Source: a virus
Length of the DNA stretch: 64,000 nucleotides
Reading direction: 5' to 3' (one strand)
IMG/VR virus record: IMGVR_UViG_3300045988_165550
Location: 32,001-96,000 of that record
Part shown: positions 27,801 to 35,253 of the stretch, one piece after another
Layout of the letters: each line of letters starts with the position of its first letter
Numbering within the stretch: position 1 is the first letter of the stretch
Notes under the pieces: generated by a model
Told to the model about the DNA's origin: nothing
The model's database searches: none
The model's input: the letters and a program-made list of their open reading frames with translations, nothing else
Translations under genes and position numbers: made by a program

Positions 27801-30800
27801 TGGTGTTGGCAAAAATTATGGTTCTCAGCATAATAAAGGCTTAATTACAGCTATTAAGAACACGAATGGCACTCCATCCGCCGGTTATAGTTGGATCTCT
27901 TCTTCTAAGGGTGTTTATGGAGAAAAACATATTGACCATAATAGTGATAAATATTCTGATCAGGAACGGATGACTGCCATGGCGGTTGCTTACATCCGCC
28001 AGCGCGGAGCACGCGTAAAGTCACAGCAGGAAGTTGAAAAGAAATACAAAGATTTTCCTGGGATATTTGTTACAGAAATCCCTGGAGGTGTTAATACTGG
28101 AGGCGACGGTGGCGATTCCGGCAACAACGGCTCTGGCGGTGGCAAGAATACTCCAAAGACCGATAACACTGCTAAAAACGAGGAGCAGAAGGCAAAGACC
28201 CGCGCCAATGCCCTTATTGCCAATATCAAGGCTTTCTATGAAGAGCAGAAGCGTAAGTACCTGGAATGGGTAACGCAGATGAATGCTGATGGCGAGAAGG
28301 TAAGCGAGGGTCAGCAGCAGCAGATGCTTGCTCTTCTCGACGCTAAGACGAAGACGGCACTCGGTACGGCTCGTAAGTCTATCGCAACGATGAGTGATGA
28401 TTTTAAGAAGTTTTTCTCTCACATGGATGAGGATGTGCTTATCTATGATGATGAAACTTCCAAGTCCTTGTTGGAGTCTATCGGCAAATCGGATATTAGT
28501 GAGCTGCACGATCTTTTCCAAAAGCTATCGGGTGATTTGTCACGAGAGAACAATAAGACGCTCTCAGAGAACCTGGGTGCTCTTCTTGATCAAATCTTTG
28601 CCAATGGCTCTAAGGAATTGCGTGAGGCAGCAGAAAAACTTCTTGCCCAGCAGCGGGAGATTCAGAAGATACTCAACGAGAATGACTACACGGGCGCAGT
28701 CAACCGTTCTACTCGTAGTAATTTCGATAAGCTCAGATTCCTTCGCCCAGCGAGTGGGGTAGATGCAGCTACAGAGGAAGGCCTTCAGAAAATGAATGAC
28801 GCGTTCGACAAACTCACAACAAAGGCTCGCTCAACGGTGGCTATACTCTATACCATCAATCCGGAAAGTCAGCGTTTCCAGCAACAGTTTCTTGATTATC
28901 TTTCCGTAGCAAATAGCGGTTTCGATTTTGCAAAGCTCAATACGCAGGAGTTAAAGGCACTCTATATCGAGCTGATTAAATATACGGATAGCTACACCGA
29001 GGCAGAGAAACGTAAGTACGACTATGCAAAGAAGATTGCCGATCAAGCCTGGGCGGTAAATAAGCGCAATCTTGCCAACCAGGAAGCTCTTCGCAAGATG
29101 CAGCAGGAAAGTGCGCTCTTCGGTAAGCGAACCAATATGTGGTCTAACCTCGGTCTTGGTGATCTCACCGCCGACCCAGAGGTGGAGCTGATGAAGATGA
29201 AGATGCAGATGGCAGAAGATTATTATGCTTTCGTTTTCAAAAACTCACGTAACAAGCAGCTCCTCGACGAAGCAGACAAGGCTCGGCAGGAGGCAGAACT
29301 TGCCTATGTCAACCAAATGGCAACGGCGATGAAGAACCGCCTTTCTCAGATGCAGCAGCTCGTGCAGCCTATCGAAACCTTCGGTGCAGAGGTAGGCAAG
29401 GCATTTGCCGAAATGCGTAACGACGTAAGCAGCGCACAGGAAGCTATCAAGAACGCTCTGAAGTCTATGCTTGAGTCATGGGCTAATATGGCACTCAATG
29501 ACGTGAATACGCAGATGTGGAAGGCTATCAATGATGCAGGTGCCAAACGTGGTAAGAGGAAAGCACAACCTGGTATTGATGCAGCGAGAGCCAACGCTGA
29601 TGCCAATGCCGTGAAGGAGGATTTCTCGAATCTCGGCACAAAGGCGAACCCGATGTATGTGCGACTGGTGGATGAGGGTGCAGCTTACCTTACTCCGCAG
29701 CCGCAGTCTAACTTTGAGAAGATGACTCCACAGCAGCCTTCTCTCGGTTGGAATCCTGATGGTACACCTATCAATCCTAACAGTCAGGCTATTGTGCCTC
29801 CTTATGCGCCTCCTGCTACTCCTGAGCAGCAGAATACGCAATCACAGGGCAGTGGCGCGCCTCGTGCATGGGAGCATCGCAACAGAGACAATGCTAATGC
29901 GTTCTACAATGATGCCGCAACACAAACTGGTGCAGCAGCCGCCGATGCTATCGCAGGTGGCGGTTCCTTTGCTGATGCCGCAGCCGGTATCACTGGTTCC
30001 TTCATCGGCGGTGTGATGAATACCGAGTTCAAGACTGGCGGCGGCAAATCCAAGGAAGACAAGGAGAAAGCCGAGCAGTTAAAGAAAGAGAAGAAGCACC
30101 AGAAGGAACTGAGCAAAGAGGTAAAGAAGGGCAATAAGGATCGTGAGAAGGTTACAACGCAGGGTGTTCAGAACATCACGAATGTGACGGATGCCGGAAA
30201 CAAGGAGCAGACCGAGGGCACAAAGATAGCCTTGAATACAGGTATGGCTATGACCCAAACGGCGCTCACTGAGAACCTTAATAAAACGCAGGAAAATAAC
30301 GAGGCCATCATTCAATCGGATGCGGACCGCACGCAAGCAGGAATGACCTTCTCTATTGCTGGTGCCATCGGTAAGTGTTTCGACTTCTTGGGTCCTATTG
30401 CGGGTCCTATTGCAGCTGCGGGTGTGATGGCTACCCTCATGGGCTTGCTCCAGTGGGCACTCAACTCTGCATTCAGCGGCGGCAAGAAGAAGAGTAATAC
30501 CAATACCACCAATACCAAGCTTGTAACCGGTATGCTTACCTATGATTCCGGAAACGTTCAAGACTTGAAGCCATTTGTGGACGAAAATGGTGAATTGTAC
30601 TGGATGGCTGATGATAATGATAAAGAACAGGGCAAGAAGCCGTTCATGGCCAATAACGGCGAAGTGTATTGGACAACTGAGGATGATGGCAGACAGATGC
30701 AGGGTGTGAAGATGCTTACATCTCCAACCGCTACTACTGTGAACGGGCAGCCGTCTCTCGTAGCCGAGAGAGGACCAGAAATCGTCATTGGTAGGGAAAC

Positions 30801-31146
30801 TACCCATGCGATGATGATGAACAACCCAGGCTTGCTGAAAGCACTCGTCAACTACGACCGCAACTACTCAGGAAGAAACTCAGCAAGAAGGGCATTTGAT
30901 GATGGCAACGTGGGTGATGTTCTTGCAGCAGGCACGCAAGCAGGCAATGGTAATCTTTCGCCTGGCGCATCAGCGGCAGGCGACCTGGTTTCCGCAAGCA
31001 TTGCAAGCAATGCGGCTCTCCTGCAAGCCGTGAATGCGCTCATTCAGCGTCTGAATGAACCTATCAACGCCAAGATCAATATGTACGGTCGTGACGGACT
31101 GCATGATAGCCTGAATAAGGCTAATCAGTTTATGAAGAACAAGTAG
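24859..31146 (+). CDS. Tail tape measure protein (2095 aa)
   Basis: Long coiled-coil N-terminus and a TP901-type core-like segment MGKVGALSTSDILALGAAVDSMAIEPEVASTAFAKLITEI. There is a cluster of TM helices (LLVLSCKTLIALLPSLFGFFIGKGLAMAAV...) and Gly-rich stretches. Confidence 0.8.
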   Translation: MAGKIESIITMDGKQPIKVLQLLLDKAKELTDQMKQMKPGTEEYKEAEAKVKALQSAQVQTIKTTERLEAVVNNLGNTSLRNLRRALGEGKRKLEGLSEAEEEEAKHIRSLMKEVGDEVRLLEGKYVKIEKGLKNVRNQSDQWLSKAIVQQKDLVASLEKTGTSYHHNLSTLKQLEAEEDRRKGKMGISEARQAVSDSNASASDLRRAKATITEVRDRVPIGNASAIETYNRELQTIEERLNAVSGKAQKAAISWQQMRQVLSNPGKASGEDIKRTMDAIQQKIQQLPAGSKAVSDLRRQYAQLEQTLKGTRLSQAQLNDIVARSKTGKANINELRQTYKQLEEELNLINTKSEAFANRQKELKNLKKVIDDATGAANKQSNAWRTALKNLTAYVGMFAVFNQAKTLLTGVIQKNLDMSDSLANIRKVSGLLHQDIDKMAVSLSKIDTRTSVQELQNIAYAGAKLGIGEYGPEGLESFVKAANQVNVALKEDLGDEALSALSKITEVMGLIPKMGVEQSMLKTGSAIFKLASTSTATSGKIIDFSNRLLAMGKVGALSTSDILALGAAVDSMAIEPEVASTAFAKLITEIRKGTSSIEHDLGLAKGTLSEFLKEGRGIEALQTIFHKMRESGNVFALDSLFKDLGSDGSRLIKVMVTMAEKADMLDKAVATSRKAFDEGMAVTQEYNIQQDTAKGILERANNMWNKAFTNPDGINSVKQLTIAWYNLSRALTTSTASQKAVLGTIDLLVLSCKTLIALLPSLFGFFIGKGLAMAAVQLVNISKAVWAWVIAQKALNLAMASNVFGLVLGVLSTLYAYFQKNANAAQDAANAADHFTKSLSGVKSEVGRATLELDGYKRAIDGAKKGTKERQAAIDQFNNKFGSYLSKLLTEKSTVNDLKKAYNEAANAIERKVMAQAAEKDIQQHVAPKAGREAQLLYNYDQQAQKNKMGQYGSSWLKAFVDDNLAKHGLNYTINEVIRRSGVGKNYGSQHNKGLITAIKNTNGTPSAGYSWISSSKGVYGEKHIDHNSDKYSDQERMTAMAVAYIRQRGARVKSQQEVEKKYKDFPGIFVTEIPGGVNTGGDGGDSGNNGSGGGKNTPKTDNTAKNEEQKAKTRANALIANIKAFYEEQKRKYLEWVTQMNADGEKVSEGQQQQMLALLDAKTKTALGTARKSIATMSDDFKKFFSHMDEDVLIYDDETSKSLLESIGKSDISELHDLFQKLSGDLSRENNKTLSENLGALLDQIFANGSKELREAAEKLLAQQREIQKILNENDYTGAVNRSTRSNFDKLRFLRPASGVDAATEEGLQKMNDAFDKLTTKARSTVAILYTINPESQRFQQQFLDYLSVANSGFDFAKLNTQELKALYIELIKYTDSYTEAEKRKYDYAKKIADQAWAVNKRNLANQEALRKMQQESALFGKRTNMWSNLGLGDLTADPEVELMKMKMQMAEDYYAFVFKNSRNKQLLDEADKARQEAELAYVNQMATAMKNRLSQMQQLVQPIETFGAEVGKAFAEMRNDVSSAQEAIKNALKSMLESWANMALNDVNTQMWKAINDAGAKRGKRKAQPGIDAARANADANAVKEDFSNLGTKANPMYVRLVDEGAAYLTPQPQSNFEKMTPQQPSLGWNPDGTPINPNSQAIVPPYAPPATPEQQNTQSQGSGAPRAWEHRNRDNANAFYNDAATQTGAAAADAIAGGGSFADAAAGITGSFIGGVMNTEFKTGGGKSKEDKEKAEQLKKEKKHQKELSKEVKKGNKDREKVTTQGVQNITNVTDAGNKEQTEGTKIALNTGMAMTQTALTENLNKTQENNEAIIQSDADRTQAGMTFSIAGAIGKCFDFLGPIAGPIAAAGVMATLMGLLQWALNSAFSGGKKKSNTNTTNTKLVTGMLTYDSGNVQDLKPFVDENGELYWMADDNDKEQGKKPFMANNGEVYWTTEDDGRQMQGVKMLTSPTATTVNGQPSLVAERGPEIVIGRETTHAMMMNNPGLLKALVNYDRNYSGRNSARRAFDDGNVGDVLAAGTQAGNGNLSPGASAAGDLVSASIASNAALLQAVNALIQRLNEPINAKINMYGRDGLHDSLNKANQFMKNK

Positions 31147-31209
31147 AAAACGATTTTTTGTTGATTGTTTAGTTGTTAGTTTTTAAAGTTTTAGTTAATT
31201 GTTAGCAGG

Positions 31210-31241
31210 GCTGCTCCGCTGTGAAGCGTGGCAGCTTTTTT
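31210..31241 (+). terminator. Terminator after the tape measure gene
   Basis: Stem GCTGC..CGC / GCG..GCAGC with an internal 2x2 mismatch, followed by T6 (31236-41). A second perfect hairpin CTGCGGA-TTTCAAA-TCCGCAG lies at 31244-64. Confidence 0.55.
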
Positions 31242-31264
31242 GTCTGCGGATTTCAAATCCGCAG

Positions 31265-31987
31265 GAACGCCTAACGGACACAATTTCTTTTTGGTCCCAT
31301 TTTGCGACCAAGCCCATCATTTAGTGGGCTTTTGATAACTCGCTGATTTAGTGGGCTTTTTGGTCTCAAAAGCATATCTTTGTCCCATTTTTCCCCGAAA
31401 TTCACTACTATATATAAAAATTTCCGTGTATTTTTTCTTTTCCCTAAAATCAAAAACCCCTAACCTCAAACTAGAAGTTAGTAGCATTAACGGCTTTGCC
31501 GTAAACATCAGACAATAAGGTAGTTATGAGGATATAAGGGAGTGGCAGCTAGCGAGAGAAATGCAGGATTTTCTACATATTTTCTGCATATTCCAAATAT
31601 ATTTTTGCATTCCTGCGTACATTAGTTTATAGAAATTAATTAAAAAATGAGACCAAAAATAAGAAAATCGCTGAAAAACAAGCAAATAGCAAAAAATCGT
31701 AGGGGGCTAGCAGTGGGACAATGGTGGGTCAGCAGTGGGGCAAAATCCCTCATTTTCTTCATTAGGGGACTTTAACATTTCGCCCTTCAAAATAAAAATG
31801 GGACCAAAATGAGACTTTTGAGACCAAAATCGGAAGTTTGGTCCCATTTTTGAAAAAACATCCTTTTCGCTTCCGTTCCCAGCGATTCCGTCGCTGGTTT
31901 CCTCTCTCAAACCCATATTAAATGTTAAAAATATAACTTATTTCAAATATTATATAGATAACCTATATTCTTTTCGATTTATTTTTG
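31265..31987. repeat. Repeat-dense non-coding region; candidate replication origin or regulatory hub
   Basis: About 8 copies of TTTTGGTC(C/T)CA / TG(A/G)GACCAAAA, four in each orientation. These include a perfect 15-bp inverted pair, 31794-31808 and 31837-31851. Also present are 2x ATTTAGTGGGCTTTT, tandem TTTTCT(A/G)CATA and 2x AGCAGTGGG. There is no convincing ORF. Confidence 0.6.
31873..31897 (+). repeat. 25-nt hairpin element, copy 3 (intergenic)
   Basis: CCGTTCCCAGCGATTCCGTCGCTGG, about 90 nt upstream of the promoter box at 31988. Confidence 0.9.
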
Positions 31988-31995
31988 TATCTTTG
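31988..31995 (+). promoter_or_regulatory. Bacteroidota -7 box
   Basis: TATCTTTG, 36 nt upstream of the ATG at 32031. Confidence 0.6.
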
Positions 31996-32030
31996 CAGCA
32001 GTTTTAGAAAAGAAATATAATAGTTAAGGT

Positions 32031-33149
32031 ATGTTTGACGAGATATGTTCCATCTATCGGGATGCGAAGGATGCGCTTGGAAGATACGTCGATATGGAGA
32101 CGGGCGAGTGCATCACGCAGATGTCTATCCGTGAGTTCTGTCTTACGGATAGGTGGAAGCCGTATGTAGAGAAGCTGAGAGCCATGCGGCAGCAATATGG
32201 CAGTGCAGCTAAGAAGATGCCGGAATACGTAGATACCAAGAAGATGCTTCCTGGTGCCACGCTGAGTGGTCTCTTCGCTACCTACGAGGACGATAGCCTT
32301 ACCCATCCAGGTCAGCGGGTGATGGTTTCCCGAAGAGAAAGCCACCTTCAGCAGCATACGGGATGGCTGGCGATAGATATTGACCTGCAAGACAACCAGG
32401 GCATAGCCGATTTCGAGAATATCCGCAGAGTGTTGGCATTTCGTCCAGAGGTAGCTTTGCTGATGCGTTCCTGCTCCGGAACTGGACTGTTCGGATTGGT
32501 TCGCTTGGCTTACCCCGAACGTCACAAAGAGCAGTTCAAGGCATTATTGCAGGAATATGCTGCTCTGGGCATCATGCTCGATGGTTCTTGCGGAAATATC
32601 GGCCGTGTGCGTTTCGCTTCATGGGATGATCCGCAGCATATATATATTAATGAACGTGCGATGCCCTACACCAAACTACCCGATAATGTGCCTACGCCGA
32701 TGCCCGTGATGAACTATGCCAACACATTTTTCAGTGGCAGTCATCCGACTGGTGCCGGCTTCGGCGGAAACTATCCGCATGGTGGATATAGACGTGATAC
32801 GCCGGAAATCATCTACCGCAAAGCTCTGCGATTGGTGGAGAAGATTGAGGCTCAAGGCATAGATATTTGTGCCGGAAAGGATGCTAATAGCGGTTATCTG
32901 GGTTGGGTTAAATGCGGCATGTCGCTCTACCATGTGGACAGAGTAGCAGGTTACGACCTATGGCGAAGAGTTTCCCGTTTCCGTCCTGCTGATTCCACCT
33001 GCGGCCACAATGAAATGGATTTCCGTAAGCGATGGAACCAGTTTGCCAATTACAACAGAATTTCTGAGGCAACTTTCTTCGACTACTGCAAGCGTTCGGG
33101 CATCATCCTTACCAAGGAAGACTGGAAAGAAATATATCAGAATACATAG
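32031..33149 (+). CDS. VirE/BT4734 N-terminal-domain protein (primase-like replication protein)
   Basis: KKMLPGATLSGLF...HTGWLAIDIDL resembles the LPxxxxSGxF...hsGlxxxDiD signature of Bacteroidales mobile-element primases. It sits next to the repeat-dense region. Confidence 0.55.
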   Translation: MFDEICSIYRDAKDALGRYVDMETGECITQMSIREFCLTDRWKPYVEKLRAMRQQYGSAAKKMPEYVDTKKMLPGATLSGLFATYEDDSLTHPGQRVMVSRRESHLQQHTGWLAIDIDLQDNQGIADFENIRRVLAFRPEVALLMRSCSGTGLFGLVRLAYPERHKEQFKALLQEYAALGIMLDGSCGNIGRVRFASWDDPQHIYINERAMPYTKLPDNVPTPMPVMNYANTFFSGSHPTGAGFGGNYPHGGYRRDTPEIIYRKALRLVEKIEAQGIDICAGKDANSGYLGWVKCGMSLYHVDRVAGYDLWRRVSRFRPADSTCGHNEMDFRKRWNQFANYNRISEATFFDYCKRSGIILTKEDWKEIYQNT

Positions 33150-33183
33150 AAAAGAATTTTAATACATTTAAAAATTAAAGATT

Positions 33184-33466
33184 ATGGCAAAGAGAAATGT
33201 AGAAATCCCGAAGGGGTCATGGCTCGACCAGAAAGGTCAGCGATGGATGAAAGTAGTGTTCGATGTAATGTCGGGGGGGGGGTAATTTCCTCCGTCAAAT
33301 CACCATGACGTTCCCGGTGAACTTTGAAATGACATTGGGAAAATATACGGTAGATATGGGTGATATGGATGATTTTCGTGATAGAGTAAATCAGCAATAT
33401 CCTTCGCTGGAACGCCTGAGAAACCTTACGTTTTTTCCTACAGGAAACAAGGTCTTTAGAGAGTAG
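33184..33466 (+). pseudogene. Gene split by a G10 homopolymer (33-aa head plus 60-aa tail in the +1 frame)
   Basis: ATG in the genome-typical context AAAGATTATGGCAAAG. Frame 1 reads MAKRNVEIPKGSWLDQKGQRWMKVVFDVMSGGG then TAA. From 33284 the next frame is open to the TAG at 33464-66 (NFLRQITMTFPVNFEM...NKVFRE). G9 or G12 would fuse the two parts. Confidence 0.55.
33273..33282 (+). repeat. G10 homopolymer tract
   Basis: Counted directly: G at 33273-33282. Confidence 0.95.
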
Positions 33467-33504
33467 AGAAAATAAATTTACAGATGGCTTTAAAAACTTC
33501 CATT

Positions 33505-33548
33505 ATATCGAAGCCATATCGAAGCCGTTTCAAAGCCATATCGAAGCC
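33505..33548 (+). repeat. Four tandem 11-bp units upstream of the kinase gene
   Basis: ATATCGAAGCC ATATCGAAGCC GTTTCAAAGCC ATATCGAAGCC. Confidence 0.9.
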
Positions 33549-33600
33549 GTATGCTATTTATTGGTTCTCTATGAGTATAAAACTTTACAAAATAAAAGAT

Positions 33601-34209
33601 ATGAAACAAAAGATTATCGCAATTATGGGTCCATCTGGAGCAGGCAAGGACACGGTGGCAAACATCCTTTCCATCGCCCTGAATATCCCGTTGCTCTGTT
33701 CCTTCACCACCCGTCCCATGAGGGATGGCGAGGTAAACGGTAAGGAGCATTTTTTCGTGAAGGAGTGCAAGACTCCCAAGGAGGATATGCTTGCCTACAC
33801 CGAATATGGTGGCTACGAGTATTGGACGGAACTCGCCCAGATAGAAGATGTCGCCATCTATGTGATTGACGAAAAAGGATTCCTGGGCATCTGTGAGCAT
33901 TTTCCGGATATTGAACTGATGAGTATTTATGTGGCTGCCAAGCCCGAAACGCTGAAGGCTCGCGGCATCGCCCCTGAAAGAACCAACCGTGATGAATATC
34001 GTGTATCGCTGGATATTAACTCCTTCGATTACGTTATCAGCAATAATTCATCGCTCTACCGCTTGCTGATTACCACGCTGGATGTAGTGAAGTGCATCAG
34101 AACTGCTAACGGAGAAACACGGAAGTATGAAGCAGAGGCAGAAGAGAGACTGAAAAAAGGAGGAGTGGCAGCACAGAACTTCATCCGCCTTCTCAGCGCC
34201 TTCTTTTAA
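33601..34209 (+). CDS. Guanylate-kinase-family nucleoside monophosphate kinase
   Basis: Start trimmed to MKQKIIAIMGPSGAGKDT (P-loop). FTTRPMRDGEVNGKEHFFV matches the TTRxxRxGExxGxxYxF signature. Confidence 0.8.
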   Translation: MKQKIIAIMGPSGAGKDTVANILSIALNIPLLCSFTTRPMRDGEVNGKEHFFVKECKTPKEDMLAYTEYGGYEYWTELAQIEDVAIYVIDEKGFLGICEHFPDIELMSIYVAAKPETLKARGIAPERTNRDEYRVSLDINSFDYVISNNSSLYRLLITTLDVVKCIRTANGETRKYEAEAEERLKKGGVAAQNFIRLLSAFF

Positions 34210-34278
34210 GAGAAACCATCTGTTTCCGTGGAGCAGAAAGCAGATTTTTAATATATAAACATCAAATAAAGAAACAAT

Positions 34279-35172
34279 ATGAAAATGATAATTCCTGGTG
34301 TTGAGTGGTGGCCTCAGAAGACCGCCGCTCAACAGATTGCCCGAGTAGGCAGAGTTTGCTACAAGAGCAAGGGTAAGCAGCCTGACGAGAATCTTTCTGA
34401 AGAGCAGAAAGAGAAGTTCTTGGAAGAACAGGCAGTGAAGTTGGCCAACCGATTCTGGGAGAGCGGTCATCGCTCCATGTATCGACACGGCACTCTTTAC
34501 TTTTTTATCAAGAACGATAGTAAACTGCCGAAACACCTTTGGTCTTTCCTTATCGCATCTCCATATATCAGCTATGCAGTGCAGGAAAAGAAGGTATGGA
34601 TCAGCAGCAACATGCAGTTCCTCTGCGAGCATGGCAGCATTCTCGAAATGCTATCCCCATTCAATGTGAAGGAAGCCGAGTTTATCGAAAAGGCGCAGAA
34701 ATATGATTTCATAGAAGCACTCAATATCCTCCGCATGACGCTGGTCGTTACTACGCAGATCAGCACCAGCCGTGAGTTGAACCGCACATCGCCTAACTGC
34801 ATCAGCGAGCAGAGCACCCGCTACGTGAACCTGGAGAAGAAAGGTGGCGTTCAGATTGCCCGTCCGCACTGGCTGCATGAGGGTACGAAATGGCAGAAAT
34901 TTCTCTATCTTTCCGGCTGCAAGGTTTCCGACTGGCTCTATCGCCGATTGCTGAAATCGGGCATGAAGCCGCAGGATGCCCGCGGTATTCTCCCTCTTGA
35001 TACCTATACGGTGGTAGCCTACACCTATACCATCAGTGAGTGGCAGCATATCCTCGACCTCCGCTTCAGAGAAACCACCGGCAAGGCGCATCCTAACGCC
35101 AAAGAGGTAAGTTTCGAGATTAACCGCATCATCAGCGAAAGAATGGAAATGTTCGAGACTCAAAAGAAATAA
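34279..35172 (+). CDS. thyX: ThyX-family (flavin-dependent thymidylate synthase-like) protein, divergent
   Basis: ARVGRVCYKS, SGHRSMYRHG, ISTSRELNRTSPNCISEQSTRYV (SxRY core) and ISEWQHILDLRFRETTGKAHPNAKEV. Where the canonical RHR motif would align by eye, the sequence reads LNRT. Confidence 0.6.
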   Translation: MKMIIPGVEWWPQKTAAQQIARVGRVCYKSKGKQPDENLSEEQKEKFLEEQAVKLANRFWESGHRSMYRHGTLYFFIKNDSKLPKHLWSFLIASPYISYAVQEKKVWISSNMQFLCEHGSILEMLSPFNVKEAEFIEKAQKYDFIEALNILRMTLVVTTQISTSRELNRTSPNCISEQSTRYVNLEKKGGVQIARPHWLHEGTKWQKFLYLSGCKVSDWLYRRLLKSGMKPQDARGILPLDTYTVVAYTYTISEWQHILDLRFRETTGKAHPNAKEVSFEINRIISERMEMFETQKK

Positions 35173-35253
35173 GATGATTGCCCAATAAGGGCGATTATGA
35201 TTAATAGAGTATATTGCCAATCAATGCTTGGCAATAAAAAGCAATAAAAAGCA

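Noticed and set aside
24772-30851. Many antisense or alternative-frame ORFs inside the tape measure gene, for example 26235-27158 (307 aa), 26149-26736, 30079-30807 and 28021-28521.
   Set aside because: They are fully nested in a 6.3-kb ORF with recognisable tape-measure features. Their products are Ser/Arg/Leu-rich, the typical composition of shadow ORFs.
31244-31264. tRNA-like T-arm (CTGCGGA-TTTCAAA-TCCGCAG), and the acceptor-like stem at 20213-20251.
   Set aside because: I could not find a matching 5-prime acceptor strand, D-arm or anticodon arm about 65 nt upstream. The T-loop register does not give the G53-C61 closing pair. These are better explained as terminator hairpins.
31271-31916. 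Three 60-69-aa minus-strand ORFs in the repeat-dense region.
   Set aside because: Their reading frames are made of the repeat units themselves. There is no promoter box or plausible start context, so the region is better interpreted as non-coding.
16406-33548. Could the short tandem repeats (heptamer arrays, 11-mers) be a CRISPR array?
   Set aside because: The units are 7-11 bp, directly abutting and without unique spacers. No cas genes are present.
33484-33600. The ORF-track N-terminal extension of the kinase gene (start at 33484).
   Set aside because: The extension translates the 11-bp tandem repeats into a repetitive peptide and precedes a canonical MKQKIIAIMGPSGAGKDT N-terminus. The start at 33601 is preferred.
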